DNA from: Bdellovibrionota bacterium | Lineage (GTDB): Bacteria > Bdellovibrionota_C > UBA2361 > OMIW01 | DNA length: 19,902 nucleotides | Direction of reading: 5' to 3' | Assembly: GCA_044345055.1 (NCBI GenBank) | Contig: JBIJBT010000051.1 | Location: 1 to 19,902 of the forward strand | Part shown: positions 1 through 8,110 of the stretch, in pieces | Position numbering within the stretch: the first letter of the stretch is position 1 | Layout: every line of letters starts with the position of its first letter | Notes under the pieces: model-generated | What the model was told of the DNA's origin: nothing | Databases searched by the model: none | Seen by the model: only the letters and a program-made list of their open reading frames with translations | Translations under genes and position numbers: made by a program

Positions 1-271
1 CCCGCATTTCGCCGTAGAGCGGTGGGTTCTCTGGGAGGTAGCCAATAGACCGTCTCACCGCTTCAGATTGGGTGACTATATCGAAACCAGCAATTTCGGC
101 AGTACCCGAAGTCGGGGGCATGTAGGTCGAGAGCATACGAATCGTCGTTGTCTTCCCGGCCCCGTTTGGGCCCAAAAAACCAACTATTTCGCCTTTATCT
201 GCTGAAAAGGAAACGTCGCTGACCGCAACGAATTCCCCATACGTCTTGGAAAGATGCTGCACCCGAATCAT
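1..271 (-). CDS. ABC transporter ATP-binding protein (ABC-2/GldA-like), 5' part; runs off the window start
   Basis: Not in the ORF track. Manual translation from ATG at 271 gives [47 protein letters not shown]...[15 protein letters not shown], with Walker A GPNGAGKT and a GYLPE Q-loop region typical of ABC-2-type ATPases. Confidence 0.92.
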   Translation of the reverse strand, partial: MIRVQHLSKTYGEFVAVSDVSFSADKGEIVGFLGPNGAGKTTTIRMLSTYMPPTSGTAEIAGFDIVTQSEAVRRSIGYLPENPPLYGEMR

Positions 272-414
272 GTCTACCTGTTTGGCGTTATTAAAATCTG
301 ACCGTTTGGTGGCTTAACTTTTAGCTTCGCTAAGTGCCCTACAAAAACAACTCGGCGAAAATACCACGACCCACACTCGCGATGGTCTGGACGATACCAC
401 GGCCTGTATTCTTC

Positions 415-565
415 AAAAAGTGTAACTTCCCGAGCAAAAATATTGCCGACTAGAACTTAGTGATTCATCAACCAAATGACCGCAGATTCTGCGGCTTTCT
501 AGTAGCCGAGGCAACGCTCCCATCACATTTTGCTCAATATTAGTTACCAAAAAGTTTCCAGAGAG
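415..565 (-). ncRNA. Candidate structured non-coding RNA or leader, family not recognised
   Basis: Four nested inverted repeats (422-427/542-547, 432-439/528-535, 443-447/510-514, 449-455/497-503) enclose two hairpins (465-468/476-479 and 480-485/489-494). Extra G-U pairs favour the minus strand. A promoter-like signal lies upstream and a T-run (415-419) downstream. Confidence 0.4.
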
Positions 566-569
566 CGCA

Positions 570-599
570 ACTATAACGCCTTAAATATAGATCCATCAA
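570..599 (-). promoter_or_regulatory. Putative sigma70-type promoter
   Basis: Minus strand TTGATG (599-594), 18 nt spacer, TATAGT (575-570), pointing into the structured element and the ABC gene. Confidence 0.4.
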
Positions 600-823
600 A
601 AGAAACTGATGTTCTAATAATACGATTTGATTGGACTTTTTGATGTTAGGGTTGCAACAGAGGTATGGTCTATTAATTAGCGACGGGAGATACTGAGAAG
701 AGGAACTGCGCAGTGTATCTATCCACAAGAATAATCTGCGGCCCTATTTTTGATGACGTTTGCTTAAAAGGTGGGGGTATAAATTGATCCCCATGCTTCT
801 ATTTTTGATAAGGGGCATCGAGT

Positions 824-1336
824 ATGCTCAGGCTCCACAGTTCGGTGGCAAAATTCGCGTTAACGTGCCTTACAATTGGTCTTTTGACCGGTTGTGGCAT
901 ATTCGAAACTTCACGGTCGAGCACCGACAATCGGGACCAGTTAAGTCGAAACCCCTCCGATAGCTCTAATTCTCAAAAAGGCACGAGTTCGGAGGTACCT
1001 TTAGTTCCGGGCCATTCGGAGCATCGCCCACGGTTTTCATCAATAGAAATAGACTGGCTCGTACCCTCAGTTCCTGTTGATGGCTTTGTAGTTAGCTATG
1101 GGTTCGGGGATGAGCCACTCACTAATCGGGTAACCGTACCAACCTCTGAGCTTAAACAACTTGAAGATCCCGAGCGTGGCCCGATCTATCGATATTTTCT
1201 TAATGAAATTCCGCGCGACCGTGAAATTCGAGTGGCCATATCATCGTATCTAGGCACATCCATTTCTGAACCGAGCCCCACTCAGGTCGTTCCCATCAAC
1301 GAACGAACCGTTATTTCGGAGAAGCAAGATCTTTAA
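824..1336 (+). CDS. Lipoprotein with a fibronectin type III-like C-terminal domain
   Basis: Signal peptide ending in lipobox LLTG-C, then an S/N-rich linker, then an FN3-like pattern (IEIDW.VP...VDGFVVSYG ... YRYFLNEIP....IRVAISSY...ISEPS). AAGGGG RBS-like sequence at 810-815. Confidence 0.7.
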   Translation: MLRLHSSVAKFALTCLTIGLLTGCGIFETSRSSTDNRDQLSRNPSDSSNSQKGTSSEVPLVPGHSEHRPRFSSIEIDWLVPSVPVDGFVVSYGFGDEPLTNRVTVPTSELKQLEDPERGPIYRYFLNEIPRDREIRVAISSYLGTSISEPSPTQVVPINERTVISEKQDL

Positions 1337-1676
1337 ACTCATCAGAACGGGATCCAGCATCAATCTCCTGAATTTTTGATTCAAGCTCTCGCAGCCCATC
1401 TTTGATTTTCTGGATAAGTCCCGGGAATGACCCAACGGTTTCGCACCGAATTATATGCTCTAAATCTGCGGCAATACTCGCAATTTCTCTTAACTTTAAA
1501 AAAGCCGCACCACCCTTAATAGTGTGAAGAAGCCGCGCGCTCGTATCTAGAACCTTAACAAAAGAATCTTCTGGAGCATTTAGTTCGCTTAAAACTTCAG
1601 ATATAGCTCTTCTACTATGCACAATAAAGGCACTTTTTGCGGCCAACTCTATAGAGGATTGTGTATCTTCATTCAC
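1311..1676 (-). CDS. Stand-alone histidine phosphotransfer (Hpt) domain protein
   Basis: RLLHTIKGGAAFL matches the Hpt H-x-x-K-G motif, followed by helical IASIAADLE; 121 aa, GTG start. Confidence 0.8.
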   Translation of the reverse strand: MNEDTQSSIELAAKSAFIVHSRRAISEVLSELNAPEDSFVKVLDTSARLLHTIKGGAAFLKLREIASIAADLEHIIRCETVGSFPGLIQKIKDGLRELESKIQEIDAGSRSDEFKDLASPK

Positions 1677-1942
1677 CTTTAAAGGATCGGCGAAATCACC
1701 TTTTCACTTTACCAAATAGTTGAGCTAAAACGGTCTTACTTTGAGATGGTCTTTTCGAGTCAACCCCAATCAGGTATCCTCCGAGGGAAGTGGCCCGTAC
1801 AAACAAAAGTATGCGCCGCGTCTAAATGGTGCTGAAATACTCGCTACCTCCTCTGGTGGCGACGATTAGGCAGCTCATGGGATCTAGCGATCCACCCCCA
1901 ATTACCCCATGTTGTGCTGCGATAACTCTTCTGGAGGAGAGG

Positions 1943-3061
1943 ATGAAAAAGGTCGTTACCGTTGGAGTTCTGGCTGCCCTTACAGTGGGCGCACTTTTAA
2001 TCACTCGCGATCGTAATGGAGAGGAATCCAAGGGTACTCAATCCACTCAGTCGGGTGACTCAGGAAACACCGATTCGGATTCAGGCGCCTCAAATAGCGG
2101 AACTGGGGCGGTGCGATCCACAAAGCAGGGAGATAGCGCGAGTATAGAATCAGGCGCGGCTGAGAATGGGGGCGAATTAGAACAGCCGGACCGACCAGCC
2201 ACCGAGATCTATCGAAGCGCGGAGGATGCGCTCGCGGCGGTCAAAGATGGCGCATCTCGGTATGATGATGTAATTCTCGAACAGTTCGAGAGTCCACCGG
2301 TTGAATGCTCTTGGTGTGGCTCATTCTATGAGTCTATTCGATCTCTTGCCTTCTCGGCAGATACTCCTTCAGATCAAAAAAGCTATTTCGCTGAGCTGCT
2401 ATCGATAAGCGCCCGACCCGAAAACCTTGAAGCGCTGATCGATGGAATCGAGAAAGCCCCAAACGAAGAATCAGCTCGACAGTATGCCGAGGCTCTCGAA
2501 ATGGCGAGTGCTTCAAAAGACGATTTGGTCGAACTCTTAGGTTCGAGATTTGGAACTCAGAATGAGGTTTTGAAAGAAAGTCTTGTTGCTGCGGTAACAA
2601 ATCAAGGAACCCCTCTTGCTTTGGAGACCCTCTACAAATACACCGTTGAATCAAAAGATCCTGATGGATTTTATTCAAAGGGCACTGGCTTGGGGGAAGC
2701 GGTTGCAGGACCTGAATCATTTCCTTTTTTAAAGGAAATATCCGAAAAGCGCGACGAATATAGCCATCTTGGAATTAAAGCTCTCCTCAACAGTGGTTCA
2801 GAGGGAGTTCGCGTTGTTTTCGATGTTCTTAGAGCCTCAAAAAATCCAGAGGGTGATAAACAGCTGCTTCGTGACGCTCTCGAGCATGTAAATTTTGAAG
2901 AAGAAACAGAGGCACTCATAAAGAGTGAAGCAAATAGTGGTACAAACCCCCTTTCGGTAAATTTTGCTCGAGAGGTACTTAAAAACTTTGAGGAAGAGAA
3001 CGCTCAAATGCAGCAAGAAGCTGAAGAGGAAGAGGGCGGTATGTCCAGAGCGGAAGAATAG
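1943..3061 (+). CDS. Membrane-anchored/exported alpha-helical (HEAT-repeat-like) protein
   Basis: Start moved from 1826 to ATG 1943 because of a strong RBS (GGAGGAGAGG) and a MKK + hydrophobic N-terminus. Then an S/G/D-rich linker, a CSWC motif, repeated amphipathic helix pairs (e.g. EVLKESLVAAV, LGIKALL) and an acidic tail. Confidence 0.6.
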   Translation: MKKVVTVGVLAALTVGALLITRDRNGEESKGTQSTQSGDSGNTDSDSGASNSGTGAVRSTKQGDSASIESGAAENGGELEQPDRPATEIYRSAEDALAAVKDGASRYDDVILEQFESPPVECSWCGSFYESIRSLAFSADTPSDQKSYFAELLSISARPENLEALIDGIEKAPNEESARQYAEALEMASASKDDLVELLGSRFGTQNEVLKESLVAAVTNQGTPLALETLYKYTVESKDPDGFYSKGTGLGEAVAGPESFPFLKEISEKRDEYSHLGIKALLNSGSEGVRVVFDVLRASKNPEGDKQLLRDALEHVNFEEETEALIKSEANSGTNPLSVNFAREVLKNFEEENAQMQQEAEEEEGGMSRAEE

Positions 3062-3085
3062 GACGGGCACAATTGAGCTATAGAA

Positions 3086-4576
3086 ATGCCTTTGTCACCA
3101 CCTCGATCATCAACTTCAAAGGATTCTCTGCCGCGTGAATCATTGAGTGAACCCAGCCTTGGAAAATCTGGCTTCACTCAAACTTACCTTTCATTTCCAC
3201 CAAAAGAGGTAACGGCCATCTCGATCCAGGAATGGCTCACGATTGGGTTCTGCGCCACTCTCCCGTTCAAACTCTCTTTCACCTATCTCTTTCTTATTCC
3301 AGCTCTTCTTTTTTTTTGGTTCAATGCTCACCAAGGTGTCGTATCGATAAAAAAGGAGTGGATTCGCCTTCACTACCGACTAATCTTTTTTATCATTTAC
3401 GCAGGAATCTCTGCCTGCGCTGGCTTAAACCCATTCAAAAGCCTTCAAAGTCTCGGTACCCTCTCTCTCCTCTCAACAACCTGCTTCTTGATTGCGTGGT
3501 ATGTTCAGCGATACGGTTTCGTCAGCTTATTGCTTCCTTTCCTGGGGTTCCAAGCAATCGGCTCGATAAATACTCTTCTCACGTACGGTTCTCACGGCTC
3601 AATACCCCAGATATTTCTTGGTGATCTTACCCAGGCAGGTCAGCTAGCTATCGGTTTAGTCCTCGGATTTAGCTGTTTTATCGACCTCATAATACCCAAT
3701 CCAAAGGCGATAACGAGTAAGTTGCTCCTCTGGCCATTACTCACGTTCACCCTCGGGATCTTTTTGGCATTCTTCTCCGAGCCTCCACTATTTACATTTG
3801 TCGTGCCTATTTTTGTACTAATCGTAATTCGGCAACTTTGGGTCATCATCGGCACCTACTCGATCTGTCAAAAATTGATTGCGCTACTTGCTCTCTTCCT
3901 TCCTCTAATCGCTCTAGGTTTGATCTTGAATCTAAAACGTGGACCCTGGCTCGGAACTTGGGCGGGAATAACGCTCATCTTGATGATTCGGAGGCCCCGA
4001 TTTTTACCGACTTATCTTGCGCTCACCGGGCTCGCTGTCTTATTCCTGAATCCAATCTCAAATAGATTAGGCTCTACAATCGAGCACTTTTTCATACCAG
4101 GAGGAAGAAGTGTTATTTGGTTTATTGGCTGGAATCTAATCCAGCAATTTCCACTCGGGATTGGTTGGAAAAACAGTCCCGTACTGAGAGAATTTTCATA
4201 TCTAATTCCGCCTGAATTAACTCACTTTCACAATAACTTGATTAATCTGACGGTTGAAACCGGCGTACTGGGTGCCGCCCTTTATCTTTGGTGGATTGGC
4301 TCGGTATGTAAATCAGCAATTAATAAAAATCGTCTAACTGCTGATTCTACCGATCGAATACAGTGCTCTGAAGTAGACAGCTCGATTGGCTCCGAAATAG
4401 TTCGGAATGATAAATATGCTTGGTTGGGAGTAATTTCACCTCTACTGACATGGCAGATTGCTGGTTTATTTGAGTACAACATAGGGGATAAAGAGGTCAT
4501 CCTGGCAATCTATATCGTTATAGGAATTGCCTACGCCCTCACCAAAACCGACTCTCGTAATTTCAAAGATGCATAA
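3086..4576 (+). CDS. O-antigen ligase family (Wzy_C; WaaL/PglL-like) polytopic membrane protein
   Basis: Many TM segments, KRGPWLG, R..IW......IQQFPLGIG and HFHNNLINLTVETGVLG (H-N...E-x-G motif of Wzy_C). Start codon uncertain. Confidence 0.82.
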   Translation: MPLSPPRSSTSKDSLPRESLSEPSLGKSGFTQTYLSFPPKEVTAISIQEWLTIGFCATLPFKLSFTYLFLIPALLFFWFNAHQGVVSIKKEWIRLHYRLIFFIIYAGISACAGLNPFKSLQSLGTLSLLSTTCFLIAWYVQRYGFVSLLLPFLGFQAIGSINTLLTYGSHGSIPQIFLGDLTQAGQLAIGLVLGFSCFIDLIIPNPKAITSKLLLWPLLTFTLGIFLAFFSEPPLFTFVVPIFVLIVIRQLWVIIGTYSICQKLIALLALFLPLIALGLILNLKRGPWLGTWAGITLILMIRRPRFLPTYLALTGLAVLFLNPISNRLGSTIEHFFIPGGRSVIWFIGWNLIQQFPLGIGWKNSPVLREFSYLIPPELTHFHNNLINLTVETGVLGAALYLWWIGSVCKSAINKNRLTADSTDRIQCSEVDSSIGSEIVRNDKYAWLGVISPLLTWQIAGLFEYNIGDKEVILAIYIVIGIAYALTKTDSRNFKDA

Positions 4577-4614
4577 CATTTTTTAGGTTCCGATCCTGAA
4601 TAGATTTAAAGCTG

Positions 4615-5883
4615 CTATTTTCGCGTTAACCTTTCAATGAGCCTAATATCGCTATCAAGTATTCTCTTGATCTCTTCGATCGACCTTTTGATTTGGGCAG
4701 CCTCACGAGTATCTTTGAGCTCCTTTAGCGCCATCTCCAGATCATTCAAACTTTCCCCACGCTGAGAGACCGCTTTGACCGGATTTACTAAAAGAGATCG
4801 TCGTGATGACCGGTATTCTGAAAATAATCTCTCGCGTCGCTGATATCTAGCTCTCGTCGAATCTAGCTCAACCCTCATTTTTGTCACCGTTTCGCGCAGC
4901 GCTACCTCAGCACTTCTCTGAGATGGAACCATTCTCAGACGCACCTCTCTTGATGTTGAGGGAGCAACGCTCGCTACCTGCTGACGAGCAAGCTGATTCT
5001 CAGCCTCTCTTTTGCGCATCGAGAGAGACACAAGCTGTTGCTCAAACTCTTTTCGCTCCCGCTCCTGGTCCGCGATTAGCTGACCATTCCTTTTTCTCTC
5101 TTTTTGATTTTCTTCGCTAAGTTCAGCGACCTTCATCTGAAGATCCCTTTCTCTAGCGGATACCGCAACGATTCGAGCCTCCAAAACTCCTTGCTGAGAT
5201 TTTGCCTGAGAAACTGCGGCTAATTGCTGTTCAAAGGTTTTAGCTTGTTGTTTTAACTTCTCTTCAAGTCCTTCGCTATAGGACTGCTGGCGATCTAATG
5301 AATCTCGCTGAGATGCAATAATTGCCTCTAAATCGGCCTTAGATCGAAGCAATTTCTGCTCGTTATCAGCGACACGGGTAAGCTGATCACGACTCTGCCG
5401 ATACTCTGCGATCTCTGATTCAAGTTTTAGAATCTTGCTCTGCAACTCCCCTTCTTTACTCGTTAAAGCCCTATTTTCAGCTTTAGTTGCAGTCATTAAT
5501 TTCGCAATTTTTTGATCCTTCTCGCTAAGTTGAATCTGCTGCCCACTAATACGCTCCGACTGCTCAGTTATTTGCGCTCTTGCGGCGCGCAAATCGGCTG
5601 ATAACGTCGATAATTGGGCTGCTGTATTAATTTCCCTCTGAACAATCGGCCGTTCTTGACGGCTCAATAGGTCATTTTTATGGGCAATCTCATTTTGAAG
5701 AGCTGAGACCTGTCGCTCGAGAGAGTCAACTTGTGTCTCAAGCTCAGCAAGATAATCAACGACCTGAGAGCCATCAGAGGCCGTACGGCTTGGTCTGTCG
5801 TTATCTTCGGCTAAGCTCGATTTTACCTGAACAAAAGCGGGCGTAGAGGCAGCAACGACCAAGCCGAAAATAAGATTTTTCAT
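4615..5883 (-). CDS. Secreted long coiled-coil protein of unknown function
   Basis: Likely start ATG 5883 (MKNLIFGLVVAAS..., signal-peptide-like; ORF track start 5925 is non-ATG). E/Q/K/L/R-rich heptad pattern over about 300 aa. Confidence 0.7.
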   Translation of the reverse strand: MKNLIFGLVVAASTPAFVQVKSSLAEDNDRPSRTASDGSQVVDYLAELETQVDSLERQVSALQNEIAHKNDLLSRQERPIVQREINTAAQLSTLSADLRAARAQITEQSERISGQQIQLSEKDQKIAKLMTATKAENRALTSKEGELQSKILKLESEIAEYRQSRDQLTRVADNEQKLLRSKADLEAIIASQRDSLDRQQSYSEGLEEKLKQQAKTFEQQLAAVSQAKSQQGVLEARIVAVSARERDLQMKVAELSEENQKERKRNGQLIADQERERKEFEQQLVSLSMRKREAENQLARQQVASVAPSTSREVRLRMVPSQRSAEVALRETVTKMRVELDSTRARYQRRERLFSEYRSSRRSLLVNPVKAVSQRGESLNDLEMALKELKDTREAAQIKRSIEEIKRILDSDIRLIERLTRK

Positions 5884-5986
5884 TATTTGATCCCGAGCAA
5901 TCGTATGTACCAGTCTTGACGACAACAGTACTGTACAACAGGGGATGAGGGGGTGTGCAATCCGTATAATTTTCGACTAGGTCTTA

Positions 5987-6020
5987 TCACTATTCAGCTA
6001 CAAAAGCTGTTTAATAGTGA
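5987..6020. terminator. Stem-loop downstream of the KAS III pair (possible terminator or processing site)
   Basis: TCACTATT-CAGCT-acaaa-AGCTG-ttt-AATAGTGA: 8 + 5 bp stem; no clear U-tract on either strand. Confidence 0.3.
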
Positions 6021-6049
6021 CTAACTCTTCAAGTGCCATTAATTGGGCG

Positions 6050-7033
6050 TTATTTGATCACTTCCAGCAATACACTCCCCCAGCTAAGACCAGCACCTAC
6101 CACCGCTACGACGACCTGCTGCCCAGGTTTTAGCTCCTCCCACCGCTCGCAAAGGACTGCGGGAGCACCGGCTCCAGCTTGATTCCCAAGAAATGTAACA
6201 TTGTGCCAGTGATTCTGTTCGGGAACTTCACGATTTCGCGCTATCTGCTCGAGCATCGTTCGATTAGCCTGATGGCCTATGAAAATATCTCGTGACCAAT
6301 CAACCGAGAACATATTCTCTAATCGCTTAATCAATCGAACCGTTTGCCGGACAGAGAAATCTCGAACGGCGCGCCCGTCCTGATGGAAGAAACCGAAACG
6401 ATCGACAACAACAGCTGCTGCTCTCAACGGGTCGCCATCAAAAAAGGTCTCTCGAACCCTAAGTTTTCCCTCTTTTCGGGTAGACACTATCCATGCTGCC
6501 GCACCATCTCCCCAAATAGCGCTATCGGTCCTATCTCGATAATCAACATTTTGCGTCAACGCAGCGGTTGAAATACATAGAGCATAATCGGGTAACTGGT
6601 CCGGACGAAATTTATTGAGATAATCCATATGAAGGGCAAAAGCAGGACATGCCGACATCACATCATAGGCTTTACCCGAGATCCCTAGAGCATCAGCTAT
6701 CTGTTGCCCCTGAGTTGGGAAACAGTAATCCGGTCTACATGTATTGCAGATAAGTAAACCGATCTGATTTGGAAGTAATCCTGCCTTCTCCAAAGCAGCT
6801 TGCGCCGCCTTAACACCTAATGTAGTCGCATTTGCGGTGGCTACGGAGGGAGCTGCCTGCGGCTCGCTATTGAGGGTCTCTCTGATGTAATCAAGAGGAA
6901 GCGATGTTGCTCTACTCTCAATACCGATCTTCTCTCGGATCCACTGCGCAGAGCATGTTGAATTAATCTCTTCGAGAAACGCATTATCGATGCGCCCATC
7001 AGGGTGCGCGCTTCCCATGCTGATAATGTACAT
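6050..7033 (-). CDS. fabH: 3-oxoacyl-ACP synthase III (FabH/KAS III family), catalytic triad intact
   Basis: YDVMSACPAF (Cys), WGDGAAA, IGHQAN (His), LGNQAGA (Asn), GAGLSWGS. Start moved to ATG 7033, which has an AGGAG RBS and sits 5 bp after the upstream stop. Confidence 0.88.
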   Translation of the reverse strand: MYIISMGSAHPDGRIDNAFLEEINSTCSAQWIREKIGIESRATSLPLDYIRETLNSEPQAAPSVATANATTLGVKAAQAALEKAGLLPNQIGLLICNTCRPDYCFPTQGQQIADALGISGKAYDVMSACPAFALHMDYLNKFRPDQLPDYALCISTAALTQNVDYRDRTDSAIWGDGAAAWIVSTRKEGKLRVRETFFDGDPLRAAAVVVDRFGFFHQDGRAVRDFSVRQTVRLIKRLENMFSVDWSRDIFIGHQANRTMLEQIARNREVPEQNHWHNVTFLGNQAGAGAPAVLCERWEELKPGQQVVVAVVGAGLSWGSVLLEVIK

Positions 7034-7038
7034 ACCTG

Positions 7039-8025
7039 CTACTCCTCTATTGAAGCTCGTCGCACCAAGACAATTCCTACCCCACCATCGGGGCCTACTG
7101 CGCATAAAAGCGCCTTTTCACGCCACTCCGTATCCTGAAGCAACATCTCGGCACCTCTATAGAGAGTGGATCCAAAAGAGAATCCCTCATCTGCGCACCA
7201 ACAAATAGTATCTTCCTTTCCTCCCAACATCTCCCCTACTGCATGTGCTGAGCGAAGGGTTGGTGTAGCGATAATCCATGAGGTCACCCCTTCGATATGC
7301 AGCTCATCTGATAGATCCTGGATTAAATCGAGCGCTGCTCCCGAGGGCTCGCCACCTCCTCTAATAAGCCCATAAATCTCCTCGGCAGCACCTTCTTCCG
7401 ATCTTGCACGCATATAGCGTGCGCCTTCAATAATCACACCGCATTCATCAGATGTTTTCTCTATAATCGCCGCTCCCGCTCCATCGCTCAGGATCCAAGA
7501 ACACTCGTCTCCTTCAGCAAAAGAGAGATACGGTGTAGGCGTATTTCCTGACACAAGCAGAGTATGCGGAGCAATAGCCTCATCTCGCCAAGCGCGGAGG
7601 TTCTCAATCTGCAAAGGTAAAGCACCCGTGATTCCTGTCACATCGTAGGCAGGAACTTTAATTCCCAACTTTCCTGCAACTAACGCAGCAAATGCTGGTA
7701 TCGTTTCAATTGGTGTCGCAGTGTCACCCAACACCATCCCGACATCGTCAATCGAGATACCCGCCCGCTCAATTGCGATCTTCGCGGCATCGACCGCCAT
7801 CTGAACCAGAGGGTCTACCGTTTCTGAAAAGCGCTGCTTCATCTCTGCCGCACTAATAATTCCTCCCTCTCGGAGGAAAGAACGGGAAGCTACCGTATAT
7901 CGATGACGCATGCCCCACTGCAAAGCCCGCTGAGCATCCGAGGGAACCTGCCCCGCTCGATTCAAAAGCTCATCGGTGAGTAATTCGGCTGGGTGCACCC
8001 ATCCAACTGCTGCAATTCGTAACAT
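7039..8025 (-). CDS. KAS III/FabH-fold paralogue lacking catalytic residues (probable pseudoenzyme subunit)
   Basis: Fold motifs kept (AVDAAKIAIERAGI, T.TP..TIP..A..VA..LG, AYDV, SDGAGA) but Cys site reads YDVTGITGAL, His site IIATPTL, Asn site EGFSFGS. ORF is full length; GAGGAAG RBS upstream. Confidence 0.78.
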   Translation of the reverse strand: MLRIAAVGWVHPAELLTDELLNRAGQVPSDAQRALQWGMRHRYTVASRSFLREGGIISAAEMKQRFSETVDPLVQMAVDAAKIAIERAGISIDDVGMVLGDTATPIETIPAFAALVAGKLGIKVPAYDVTGITGALPLQIENLRAWRDEAIAPHTLLVSGNTPTPYLSFAEGDECSWILSDGAGAAIIEKTSDECGVIIEGARYMRARSEEGAAEEIYGLIRGGGEPSGAALDLIQDLSDELHIEGVTSWIIATPTLRSAHAVGEMLGGKEDTICWCADEGFSFGSTLYRGAEMLLQDTEWREKALLCAVGPDGGVGIVLVRRASIEE

Positions 8026-8110
8026 AACTTCCTCTCAAAATCCCCCGCTCGCTGTCATTTCACCGAAGTGCGCATCCGAAGCCCAAACTTCCCCAAATTT
8101 GCAGCCTTAT

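Noticed and set aside
455..505. Hammerhead- or fluoride-riboswitch-like words on the minus strand (GAAAG...GGTC...TTGATGA)
   Set aside because: Core is TTGATGA rather than CTGATGA, hammerhead stems I and II cannot form, and spacing does not fit the fluoride aptamer.
719..727. DnaA-box-like CTATCCACA
   Set aside because: Single one-mismatch copy with no cluster or origin-associated genes.
540..963. Short ORFs 540-728 (-) and 760-963 (+)
   Set aside because: No recognisable motifs; the first overlaps the promoter-like region and the second overlaps the lipoprotein gene out of frame.
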